This document shows, piece by piece, positions 12,619-24,090 of a stretch of DNA of 64,000 bases. The translations under genes and the position numbers were made by a program. Origin of the DNA: Vitrella brassicaformis CCMP3155 (Eukaryota; Protista; Chromerida); assembly GCA_001179505.1 (NCBI GenBank), contig CDMY01000443.1:1-64000 (forward strand). The letters are read 5' to 3'. Every line of letters starts with the position of its first letter. Positions within the stretch are counted from its first letter, which is position 1. The notes below the pieces were generated by a model. It made no database searches, was not told the DNA's origin, and saw only the letters and a program-made list of their open reading frames with translations.

Positions 12619-13298
12619 GATGATTCGTCTGCTTGATCTGGTCTGTTTGTCGGAGATCCTGCTCGGTTGGAAATGCGCAGAAAGGCCCTTCCGCGCCAGA
12701 GCTGACAGGTAGTCAGTCAAGCTCAATTTAACGTGCTGTTTCATTGTCGGCCAGGCATCTGGCCTTCCCACTTGTATTCAGCACGCCTCGGCATCGATTT
12801 CGATCCAATTACAACCACAGGGTTTCGGGTTTGAACCCCAAAACCCAGGACCCTAGAAACGTGGAGCATCCGGATTACACGATTGGACTCATCCAGGTGA
12901 GAAAGCAGAGCCGAGAGACCGTGCAAATAGATAGATCTGAATGATTGATTTGTCTGATATCAGGTGGAAGCGCACTTCTATTTACACACACGCAGCGCCG
13001 TGCAGGGTAGGGCAGGGCAGGGCGATCTCCTGCGCAGCCTCACCCCGCCTGAGAGGCCTGTGTCTTGCCGGATACGGGATCTCTTGCTGCATGGACCCCG
13101 ACACACAGATCATCTCACGTCGTGGCAGCACAGCCCTCCCGTCGTTACACGCCAACATCCACTTGCAACTCATTCTCCACGTCAGCTAACATTGGCTGGC
13201 CGACCTGACAGACAAACATACAGCCCAACACACACCACCGGCAGTGAACAATCGCGCGCATACCAAGTAGCCAAACCGTACGCACCTGTCGTCTTTCG

Positions 13299-15521
13299 TC
13301 AGGTGCCAAGCCGTTTGAGGGTGAGGGAATCTCCCAGATATCCCCCAAAGCTGATGTCGTACCACCCCTCCAGCCCCTCGATGGTGTCGCCTTGTGTCCG
13401 CTCCTCCACCAGCCGCTTGAAGGCGTGGCTGGGCACCGGCTGAAACTTGAGCACCTCGATGCATCGGATCTTGAGCAGCGACCTGACGCAGGCAATGCCG
13501 AACTCGCCGGCGGCATCGCCATCACCCAAATCCTCAGGCACTGCACACAGACAGGCATGCACAACACATAACAGGCTGGTGTGCGAAAGGATGCGATTGT
13601 TTGCAGCTCACCTTCTACGCCAACAACCAGCCGTTTGATGGTCGGCAGCTGATCCGCCATGTCCCCCCACGTCAGCCCCCCCTCACCCACATCCGTCACG
13701 CACTCGGCGTTGAAACACTCCAACTCCCTCTCCCTGCCCAACGCCTGCAGCACCTCCACTGCTTGCTCCTCTGTCCGGCCCAAGAGGTCAATGTTCTTGA
13801 CTGCTGGCATCTTGGTCACCAGCCTGCGGCCAATCGCGAGCCCCTTGCGGCTGCTGCACCGGAGCCGCGATGCGGCCGGGAATGCGTTGTGGGACATGCT
13901 GTCAATCACAACTGGGTCAGGCTGGTCTGCGTCAGCGTCTGGCTCCCAATCGTCGTACTCCAAATCATCATCCTGGTCCACCACATTCACGACCGTCGCC
14001 TTGCTGAATGTCAGGCACTGTGCGAGGGCGACGGCAGCGGGGATGGGCGTGTCGAGTGGGGTGGTGAGATGGTGAGGGCGGATGGTGAAGGACACTATGT
14101 GGGCTGTGGCCGTCATCTGCTGGATGTGCCTCTGCACGAAGGGGGAGGGCTCCGGGCGGGTGGGCACCTCACACAGGAGGGACAGCTCGAAGCAGTTGAT
14201 CTTGTTGATGTCGGGGATGTCGGGGCTCACACAGACGGCACGTGTGAAGGTCTCGATGGCCGAGAGGGTCTCGAAGATGCTCCTGTCGATGCAGTACTCA
14301 TCGAGCTCGATGCTGAGCTTCTTGATGGAGCGGCAGCCACGGTCGACATGAACCTCCTGCATACAGACACACGCACATCACAAGCAAGCCCTCGCCCACT
14401 CTCTCTCTTGTGTATCTTGTGTATCTTGTGTGATTCGTCGCACACCTGAAGGTCCCCCAGACCCGCAGCCTCCCAGCTAGACAGGCTGAGGGTGCCGATG
14501 TCCTCGAGCTGCGACAGGGGGCCCGGCTGGCAGGCAGCGGCCGTGGGGAAGCGCATCAGCGACCCAGCCATGGTGTTAGGAAGGCATTCCACCTGCAGCT
14601 GCTTGAGGCGCCGCGACGTGGCCACAAGACCTCCCAACATCTCTGACCCCACCCCAGGACCTCCAAACACCCACGACCCCACCCTCCCCACCACCTGGAC
14701 CATCTCGAGCGACGGCAACTGCCAGTGCCGCCCGCGGCCGGGATAGGAGAACTCATATATCCCGAAGGGGATGCCGGTGATGGATCTAAGGGATGTGAGG
14801 GTGGGGGGCGGGTTGAGGGGAGGGGGGAGAGCTTCCAACGCCTCTCTCTCAGCAGCTCGGATAACGCGATTCTCGTCCTCGTCGATTGTTATGGTCCATT
14901 TGCTGCACTTGCTTATGTCGATGGACTCCAAGGTGGTTGGCCCCTGCTGCCCGGTTGCTGTGGCCGCTGCGCCTCTCCGTCCCTCACTGTGGCCCTCCAC
15001 CAATGCCGTGACGGTCTTCTCGATCACAAGCGACAGGATGCGGAACTCACTTGGCAACTTGACGACGATGGTGATGAGCCGTGTGAGCCGCCGGCCCCAC
15101 TCGAAGGCGTCGGCGAATGACAGGCCGTACCAGAAGCGCCGCTCGGCCGTGTCGTGGGTGTCCATGACCAGCTGGGTGATCTGGCAGCCGACGTGGCCCC
15201 ACAGGCGCTGGGGCAGCGCCGCCACCAAATGAAGCGACAGAAACGAGAAGACGTAGGCAACGACAACAGGCTGAGTGGACAAACACACACCACACAGACA
15301 TAGGGGAGACAGTCAAGATCTCTGTGTCTGCCTGTGGTTCGTTTGGTCCATCTGTGTGTGGTGCGTACGATTTGGCTGAAGCGCTGTGCGAAGGCCTCCA
15401 AATCTAGGCTGTGTGTGGTCTGCGATGCCGTGGCCTGCTGCTGCTGTTGGCCGTCGGTGTCCATCAAGTCATCCACCTCTCCTCCGGCCGCCCGCCTCCC
15501 CGCTTCGACGCCCTCACTCAT
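13299..15521 (-). CDS. Lineage-specific hypothetical protein with LRR-like leucine periodicity (AFEWGRRLT family)
   Basis: About four long exons: MSEGVEAG...; LHLVAALPQRLWGHVGCQIT...ADAFEWGRRLTRL...LTSLRSITGI...LPSLEMVQV...LSQLEDIG; EVHVDRGCRSIKKL...; DLGDGDAAGEFG...LKRLGT*. The LRR-like call is a pattern impression. Confidence 0.7.
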
Positions 15522-16998
15522 GAGTCAATTCCACCAAACGGGCGTCAATTGGAGAATGTTTTAAGTAGATGCATGAAACGGGCGACGAACTTGTCTAAGC
15601 GAATTGGATGGCACCTCGATGGCTCCAAGCTCGCGACTCTCGGAGCTCTTCTGCGCGGATCTCGTTGAAAGAGATCACCACGATGACAGGAATGCACCGC
15701 AAGAGTCAAAGACCTCGCTGTTTCTGCCTTTGATGTGTGGGCCACCAGCAACAGCATACCCGAGTCAGCAGGGGCGCAGTCGAGCGTGTGCAGCTATGAT
15801 GTGCTTGCTGCTGATCACACCAATGGTCGGCACGTGCGCCCTCGCCTCCCCGGCAGGCTTGTACGTTTCGTTCACCATGCGCCAGGAAGGTCACGACCCG
15901 TACAGCGGGCGCATGGTGACCGGTGACCGGGAGAGGGCGCGTCATGGCCTCACTCACTCGGCGGAGAGGCAGATCGGAGTCACTGGCGGGCCATTCCTCT
16001 TCATCGTCCGTGAGCAGAGAGGGAGAGGGGCTCACACGTCCATTAGTGGGGAAGGGAGATGTGTGTCATTTGTCTGTGTGCTGTGTGCTCTGCAGGTGTG
16101 TGTGAGCCGACCCTCCCAGTGACCCACACCGGGGCCGATGACCGCACGCTTCCCTTCCTTGCTGCACTGATCGTGTTGGGGTGGTTGTGACTGTGGTGTG
16201 TCAATATGGTGTGGGCGTGGCAGCCACGTGTGTGTGTAGCGGGGCCAGTGCTGGCGGCTGCGATTGTTCAGTGGCCCTTTGTGGGCTATGCCGCGGGAAG
16301 CGGTGGTGCCTTTTGTAGTAAGCACATTCATACCGAACAGACAGACAGACAGACGTGCCATCGAGTACGTCAGTTAGGCACACACATCAGCCGTCAGTTG
16401 AGGCAGTGAGCGGCCGGCCCTCCTCTGTGCGCATACCGTCACCCTCTGCTTCCCATCTCTCGGCTCGCCTATGTAGTTTGCCAGCTCTTGGCGACGTGTG
16501 GCCTGTGCGTGTGGATCACAGCGTCGCGGAGAGGCGGGCAACTGCATGGCCGAGCTCTAGAGGGGGGTCAGTACGGGGATTGCTCGGACACACACTCGAT
16601 GCCATCTGTAGCATCTCCCTCCATCAGCAGGCAGGCTGTCTTTGCCTCTCACTCTTTCTGTCCGGCTATATGATTTTGTCTGTGTACTGGTCGATGGGGC
16701 CTGCCGTGTGTGTGTGTGTGTGTTGGCCGAGGTGAATGTCTGCATGAGACCACCGATGGCCCATTTCTCCCCGACACCAGAGGGAGCACACAGATGGCCC
16801 ATCGGTGGTTGTGGTGGCAGGCAAACACCTACGGCCAAACACAACACGGCAGCATGAGAGAGGCTGGGTGAGCTGAGAGGGGCATTGCTGTGCGGACAGG
16901 TATGTGATCAGTGCGTGACACGTGGGCTGCTGATGGACATTAATGATATCACTGCATTTGGTCTGTCAATTGGCACAGCCAATGTCTCACTGAGCAGT

Positions 16999-17090
16999 TC
17001 ACGTGAATGCAGCGAGGATATCCGTCACAAACAACCGAATATAAAATGCAGGCAACGATTGGGGAGGGGTCGACCCCCCCTCCCCCTCAT
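16999..17090 (-). pseudogene. Relic fragment related to the adjacent kinase-like family
   Basis: Reads VDEGEGGSTPPQSLPAFYIRLFVTDILAAFT*, echoing DDEGEE...SRSLPIFYI in the neighbouring kinase exons. No start codon or full domain. Confidence 0.35.
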
Positions 17091-17430
17091 CGACACTCCT
17101 CGTCTCTCCGCAGCCACTGATGGCGCTCGGCCGGCCCGTTTGGCGAAAACTCCTGCACGGCGGCGCTTGGCTGCACCGTCCCATCGATGGCCTTCTTCAT
17201 GGCCGCCGTCTCCCGCACCACCTTCTTGGCGAAGTGTCTGGTGTAGAGGGGCGTGATGTCGTTCCTCGCGGCAAAGAATGCCCGCTCCTCGCCGTAGATG
17301 TGGCCGTTGCTGCCGCTGCCTGAGGGGTGGTCCATGTGAGGCCCCATCAACACCGCCGCCCCCAGCGAGCAGACGGCATATGCGTCTGCGGCCTCGCTGA
17401 AGGGGCCGAAGAGGGCGGGGGGGGGGGGGG

Positions 17431-17730
17431 NNNNNNNNNNNNNNNNNNNNNNNNNNNNNNNNNNNNNNNNNNNNNNNNNNNNNNNNNNNNNNNNNNNNNN
17501 NNNNNNNNNNNNNNNNNNNNNNNNNNNNNNNNNNNNNNNNNNNNNNNNNNNNNNNNNNNNNNNNNNNNNNNNNNNNNNNNNNNNNNNNNNNNNNNNNNNN
17601 NNNNNNNNNNNNNNNNNNNNNNNNNNNNNNNNNNNNNNNNNNNNNNNNNNNNNNNNNNNNNNNNNNNNNNNNNNNNNNNNNNNNNNNNNNNNNNNNNNNN
17701 NNNNNNNNNNNNNNNNNNNNNNNNNNNNNN
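17431..17730. other. Scaffold gap (300 N)
   Basis: Run of N; preceded by a G homopolymer. Confidence 0.99.
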
Positions 17731-19818
17731 GGAAACACGGGGAAAACACGCCGACAGATATAGAATATAGGCAACGATCGCGAGAGCTGACACCGACACA
17801 CAGCATTCGCTTGCCCGTGTGTACATTCATCTGCGTCTCCTTGTTGCAAGATGCCGTCGCATGTACCTGTCTCTCGCTGCGGGGTGATGTCGTTGGAGCC
17901 GGGCGGCCTCCCATCTCCCGCTTCTCTTCTCCCTCGTCGTCACTGCCGGGCTCCAGCGGCTCGTTGCCAGGGCGCAAAAAGGCTGGCAGTCTGGCGTTCA
18001 TGTCGGCCACCCTCCGCTCGTGCCTTTCCCGCATCTCCCTGAGCTCCTTGGCCACTGAGCCATATCGGACAGACACACACAGGTGTGTTGCTTGCCGAAT
18101 GAACAGCCGTCTCTCTGTCTGGCTGGCTGTCGGCTGGCTGGTCATCTTACGTTGCTTGTCAGCCTCAGAGAGCGTCGCCTCCTCAGCGGAAGCTGAGACC
18201 GATGAGGGCTCTGGGGGCGGCGATGGTGGCTGCTGCTGCTCCAAGGCGGTGCGGTCGGCCTCACTCAAAAATCCTGAGAGGGAGAAATCAACAGCCAAGG
18301 CGCACCCACCAATGCAGACAGACACACGTGACGTGTCCCCCCTCTGTCATGTGCAATCCATACCTGAGAATTGTGATATCAGCACGTAGCCCTCTATCAG
18401 AGCCGGCACCCTCTTGTTGGCCGTCGACGGCCGTAGCCTTTCATACCCCCTCTCACGGTACTCGTGCCAGTCATTGTCCATCAGGGCCACCGACAGCCGC
18501 GCATCGCCGTCGGCAAGGCCGTCGGCGAGCAGCGGGACGGCGATCGGCAGGCCGCCGTCCCCCGTCACGCCCTTCAGCGCCTCGAGGGCCTCCGCCTCGG
18601 CGCGCAGCCGTCCGCCGANNNNNNNNNNNNNNNNNNNNNNNNNNNNNNNNNNNNNNNNNNNNNNNNNNNNNNNNNNNNNNNNNNNNNNNNNNNNNNNNNN
18701 NNNNNNNNNNNNNNNNNNNNNNNNNNNNNNNNNNNNNNNNNNNNNNNNNNNNNNNNNNNNNNNNNNNNNNNNNNNNNNNNNNNNNNNNNNNNNNNNNNNN
18801 NNNNNNNNNNNNNNNNNNNNNNNNNNNNNNNNNNNNNNNNNNNNNNNNNNNNNNNNNNNNNNNNNNNNNNNNNNNNNNNNNNNNNNNNNNNNNNNNNNNN
18901 NNNNNNNNNNNNNNNNNNTGGCAGTCCTCGGTGGTGGGGCGGAGACACGAGGAAAACACGCCGACAGATATAGAATATAGGCAACGATCGCGAGAGCTGA
19001 CACCGACACACAGCATTCGCTTGCCCGTGTGTACATTCATCTGCGTCTCCTTGTTGCAAGATGCCGTCGCATGTACCTGTCTCTCGCTGCGGGGTGATGT
19101 CGTTGGAGCCGGGCGGCCTCCCATCTCCCGCTTCTCTTCTCCCTCGTCGTCACTGCCGGGCTCCAGCGGCTCGTTGCGAGGGCGCAAAAAGGCTGGCAGT
19201 CTGGCGTTCATGTCGGCCACCCTCCGCTCGTGCCTTTCCCGCATCTCCCTGAGCTCCTTGGCCACTGAGCCATATCGGACAGACACACACAGGTGTGTTG
19301 CTTGCCGAATGAACAGCCGTCTCTCTGTCTGGCTGGCTGTCGGCTGGCTGGTCATCTTACGTTGCTTGTCAGCCTCAGAGAGCGTCGCCTCCTCAGCGGA
19401 AGCTGAGACCGATGAGGGCTCTGGGGGCGGCGATGGTGGCTGCTGCTGCTCCAAGGCGGTGCGGTCGGCCTCACTCAAAAATCCTGAGAGGGAGAAATCA
19501 ACAGCCAAGGCGCACCCACCAATGCAGACAGACACACGTGACGTGTCCCCCCTCTGTCATGTGCAATCCATACCTGAGAATTGTGATATCAGCACGTAGC
19601 CCTCTATCAGAGCCGGCACCCTCTTGTTGGCCGTCGACGGCCGTAGCCTTTCATACCCCCTCTCACGGTACTCGTGCCAGTCATTGTCCATCAGGGCCAC
19701 CGACAGCCGCGCATCGCCGTCGGCAAGGCCGTCGGCGAGCAGCGGGACGGCGATCGGCAGGCCGCCGTCCCCCGTCACGCCCTTCAGCGCCTCGAGGGCC
19801 TCCGCCTCGGCGCGCAGC
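17731..19818. repeat. Near-identical direct duplication: 17731-18618 vs about 18940-19818, separated by a 300-N gap
   Basis: Sequences match base for base apart from a few substitutions (ttgccag vs ttgcgag; ggaaacacgggg vs ggagacacgagg). Possibly an assembly or haplotype artefact. Confidence 0.85.
18619..18918. other. Scaffold gap (300 N)
   Basis: Run of N. Confidence 0.99.
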
Positions 19819-21689
19819 CGTCCGCCGAGCTGCGCCCTCTTCGCCTCGTCGAGGCGCCAGATGGCGTTGGCCACGACTGCCTTGAGCATCACCCGACGGC
19901 CCTCACAGTGGCCCTCGATGACGCCGTAGCGGGGATTCTCGCCGACGGGCCGCACCATGTAGCGGCCAGCTGGCTGGAACGCCGCCAGCATGGCACGCGA
20001 CTCCTCTGACATGGCCTCAGGTGGTGCTGCTGCAGCTGAGGGTGAGTTGGCGAGGGCGAGGGGTATCTGTGGCGAGCCGGTGTCATACGGGTCGGCGAGG
20101 GGCAGCAGCGGCGATGAGCCGTCCGAGGCGTCACCTTGGCCAGCAGCGGTGGATGGTGGCGAGGGGCTGCCTGGGTGCTCCTGACGCGGCTGCGATGGCT
20201 CAAACAAACGACCTGACGACCGAGACCAACACACACACAGCAAACAGGACAATGATCGGTCAGGTCAGACATCACCCACATATCCCTCTGTCTGCCTTGC
20301 GCTTTGTGTGTGCCCCGTCACCCACTCACCTTCTTCAACAAGTTGTAGGCGTTCCTCACGCACATCATCCTCATGCACTACGTCATCCTGGCTCCTCCCT
20401 CGTGACCCTCCCCCTTCTCGGCGTGGGTGGATGGCGCCCCTTGCTCCCCCTTCTGACGCTCCCCCGCCTCGCTGTCGCTATCCTCATCGTCCCTCTCTCC
20501 CTCCTCATCGTTCTCCTCTGTGACCGGTTCGGGCCCCTCGTCGCCTGCTGCTGGCCGCAGCTGCCGCAGGTTGGACAGGCTCAGGGCGCCTGCTGCTGCC
20601 AGCTGGCGTCCGCCAAACGTAGGGCGCTGCTGCTGGTGCTGCTGGGGCGGCCGCCACAGTTGAGGCCGTCGGGCGTGCGATATGCATACCCCTCCCACTC
20701 CCTGCTGAAAGCCACTAGGTGGCCCAGCCCGATTCATTCCCTCCCTCGGCAGTCGCGCAATGTTGGGGCGATAACTCGCCGTCGTTGGTGCGGCGCGCTG
20801 CTGCTGCTGAAGGCCCGCCCTCGATTGTGATGGCCGGAGCAGATGGGCGGCCTGTTGGTGCTGCTGTGACAGCAAGACCAATAGAACCCTGGCCTATGTG
20901 CAAGACCATGCGAGACACCATGACATGTGCTTCTATCTATTCGTGTCAGCTTACTGAGTGCCAAAGATGACGATTGTCCTGGTGGGAGGTTGGAGGTTCC
21001 GGGCAAATAGAGCACCAGGCATCGAAATATAAAATGTAGGCAACGATCGGCAAACAGTCTGCATGGACAAGAGACAAGAGACACGAGACACGAGACACGA
21101 AACATGGGACTTGCTGTGCGTGTGGGAGTGTGTGTGTGGCTGCCTTCGTCACTCACCGTGGGGTGGGGCTCTAGCCACCCTAACCAAAACCCACTCACAG
21201 CGACGATGTCGAGGCAGTCGTTGTTCTCCACATAGTCCCGCAACTCGCTCTGACAGACACACACACACACACCAGTGGGTCGGAGGGATAGGGCGATAGT
21301 GTGTGATGCGATTGCGTACGTCTGAGCTCACATCTACCTTGTGTGTGCGTGTCCTGTGTTTGCAGCCGAAGAGATGGAGGGACCCACACCACACTGGGAA
21401 GCGACTCGGCGGACACCGCGTACGGCGCTCAGTGTGAGCTGGGCTGATCAGGCTTTCGGCCGCATCCACCAGCACTCGTTGTTTGCCCTCGGGCCCACGG
21501 CGAGCCGAGCCAGGAGGTGTGTGGGATGGACGACAAGGCGGGAGGGGGCGAGCAGCCCGGATGGCTCTCGAGGGTCAGATCGAGGGATTGGTGCACCTCT
21601 TGGTGACGCCAGAATGAGATGACATCCACACACAAGGGCCTCGGCCGACGCAGCGTGTAGCACCTGCACACACAAACAGAGAGACAGAC

Positions 21690-21721
<32 letters not shown>

Positions 21722-21976
21722 GCATGTGAGTCATTCATGTGGCTGCCTGTGTACATCGCATTCGCGTGTCTGTCTGTGTGTCAATGACCGACTGGCTGGC
21801 CGGCTCACCTTGTGTGTGTGTGTCTGTGCCGGCGATGGGATGGGGTGACCCACACCACACCAGAGAGCGCCTCGGCGGACACCGCGTGCGGCGCTCAGTG
21901 TAGTGTGGGGCCGTTGGCTGACGTGTTGTCTCTCGCTCTCGCTCTCCATGAAGACGCACCCCTCCATGTCGATGTA

Positions 21977-22638
21977 TCACGCACCAACATCGCTAGACAG
22001 CGCAAACTGCACGTACTGCGGAAGGTTGACGGAGGGGGCCGTGCATGTGATGAGGGTGTCGTTGATCCATGCCATGACGGCATACGTCGATGCGAAGACG
22101 CACTGAGTGAGGCGGCTGTTGCGGAAGACCGCCCCGGTGGTCGAGTCGGCGTACAACGATACAAGAGTGCCGCCGGTGAGGGGACCAGAGAGCGGCTCAG
22201 CCAACTCGACATCGAAGTCCTGCAACGAGCACATAGCATAGAGGCGTGGACTTGGCTGTCGGTTTCGTTTCGTTTGCCCTCAGCGGTTGTCTGTAGTAGA
22301 AGATGTGTGTGAGCAGGCCTCGATCGAGATTCTGAATCGTCCCGCCGGAGATCAGACGCAAGTAAAACACCACGTAGGTCTCCGCGGCAGGCACATTCGC
22401 CGGCACCACACACGTCAGCCCCGTCTCCGAGATGACTGCCATGCTCCTGCGGGCCTCGTCGGTCCTCCTCGTGCTGATCTGCCTGGTCTGTGGGATGCCG
22501 CCGCCGCTGCTGCCGTTGCGGTTCTCTGTCGTGCGGTGCGCCTCGATAAGAGGGGGAGCTGGGGTGGTAGGGGTGGTGAGGGGGAGGCCGAGGGCTGTTG
22601 CGGCGGGAGTGAGGGTGGGGGTGAGGGGGCCACACTAT
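21977..22638 (-). CDS. IPT/TIG (immunoglobulin-like) domain-encoding exons; gene model unresolved
   Basis: AVISETGLTCVVP...IFYY and DFDVELAEPLSGPLTGGTLVSL...QCVFAS...WINDTLITCTAPSVNLPQYVQFALS match the P.SGP..GGT.V...C.F...I.C..P TIG consensus. They are preceded by a Pro/Thr-rich linker. Confidence 0.6.
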
Positions 22639-22712
22639 CGGACACACGGCAAAAACACAGACCGACTGACCGACAGACCGACCGACAGACAGGGAGGCAG
22701 ACAGACAGACAG

Positions 22713-22764
22713 ACGGACGAACGGACGAATGGACGAACGGACGAACGGACGAACGGACGAACGG
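22713..22764. repeat. Tandem 8-bp repeat (ACGGACGA)n embedded in CAGA microsatellite, intron-like region
   Basis: acggacga acggacga atggacga acggacga acggacga acggacga acgg is read directly. Confidence 0.85.
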
Positions 22765-22881
22765 GCAGGCAGACGGACGAGCAGTCAGACATACATACAT
22801 ACAGACAGTCAGACAGGCAGCCAGTCGTACCGTACAGAAGAGACGAGATTACTTTCCCCCAGCCAACCCCCACAGCCCGAA

Positions 22882-24090
22882 TCAAAAGCCGCTCACGCAC
22901 CTCATCCAGCAGTCCTGTGTGGCCCCCCTCACCCTCCACAGCCCCTCCTCCCCGTCCCACTCCCACAGGGTGAGACCATTGACGTCGTCATGGTACCACC
23001 CCTCCTCGTGGGAGGGGACGGGAGGCGGACCCCTCACCGCCACCGACCCCCAGGCCGTGAACTCCATGGGCAGCACCGCCGCCTTGGGCTGGACCGGGGG
23101 CAGGTGGTAGTAGAGGGGCTGCGGCTGGGCCAGGGGGAGGTGGTAGGCGACGGGCTGGGGCGGCGAGTAGGCGGCGGGAGTGTGAGGGCCAGCAGGGCGG
23201 GCCGTGGTGCCGGTGCCGGTGCTGGTGTTGCCCTGCTTCATGGCCCTCGACTCCGCGGCCTCGGCTGTCTTCTTTTTGGCTTTGCGCTGTACCAGACAGA
23301 AAGCAACGCAGCACAGAAACAAAGCGTACAGTGTTGCCACCTATGAGGTTTCCATTGTAGAAGCTCTCGCATGTGTCACTTACGTCGGCGCATCGCTTGC
23401 GCCTCCAGCAGGATGCCGGGGCCGCCGCTCGCATGCACCCACAGATTGAACTCCTGCAACAGGACATTATCAGATGCATCCGACAGAAGACTCCATATTG
23501 CAGCGCGCCTGCCTACCTCGGGGTTCTCCTTCTCGAGCTTCATGGCCATACTGCCGAACACTCGAGGCTCCTCCCCTTCCCTCACCAATGGCCAGTGCGA
23601 CGGCCACCCCCCGGCAGCGGCAGCAGCACCAACAGCCTCAGGCATCCTATCTCTCTCTGTCTATCTGTCTATCTGTCCGTCTGTCTGTTTGTCTTCTTGT
23701 CTGTCTTAGTTGACTTAGCTTTTGGCAGCTTACCTCGGGGGTCTCCTCGCTCAACTTCTTGACAGGAGCTCTTCCGAAGACCAGCGGGTCCTCTCCGTCC
23801 CTCCTGAGAGGCCAGGCAGCACCGACACATCTAGCAGCAACAGCAGCAGCGACTTCGGGCATTCTCTCTCTCTCTGTGTGTGTGTGTGTGTGTGTCTGTC
23901 TATGTGTCTATCTGTCTACGTGTCTATCTGTCCATCTGTCTGTTTCTCTGTCTATCGATGAGATCCTTCTTTTTTGATATCATATCACTTACGTCAGCGA
24001 GCCGCACTGCGCCATGCAACAGGATGTCCCCGCCTCCACACTCGCCTGCAGAAGAGCATCCAGGCACATGCTCTTGAAGTTGACACACAG
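22882..24090 (-). CDS. Hypothetical multi-exon protein with internally duplicated exons (model unresolved)
   Basis: Exon-like segments with gtaag/gtagg donors: ...GGGDILLHGAVRLAD; RDGEDPLVFGRAPVKKLSEETPE; REGEEPRVFGSMAMKLEKENPE; EFNLWVHASGGPGILLEAQAMRR; RKAKKK...EGWYHDDVNGLTLWEWDGEEGLW. Confidence 0.4.

Larger units (their letters stand above)
17087..20881 (-). pseudogene. Atypical protein-kinase-like gene, cluster A (gapped, frameshifted, C-terminally truncated)
   Basis: Homologous to the 50-58 kb copies: EPSQPRQE...FQPAGRYMVR...GRRVMLK...LRAEAEALEALKG...ADAYAVCSLGAAVLM. Exon 1 has frameshifts relative to cluster B (about 20850 and about 20390). It ends ERHQWLRRDEECR* without the subdomain XI-like segment. 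The catalytic loop would fall in the gap at 17431-17730. Confidence 0.7.

Noticed and set aside
15733-16122. Signal-peptide-like ORF (MMCLLLITPMVGTCALASPAGLYVSF...) as a secreted protease precursor
   Set aside because: No catalytic motif or continuing exon could be identified, so the product cannot be supported.
17731-19818. Apparent tandem duplication of kinase exons in cluster A as a biological copy
   Set aside because: Almost identical including introns and abutting fixed 300-N gaps. More likely contig overlap or haplotype redundancy, so it is kept only as a repeat feature.
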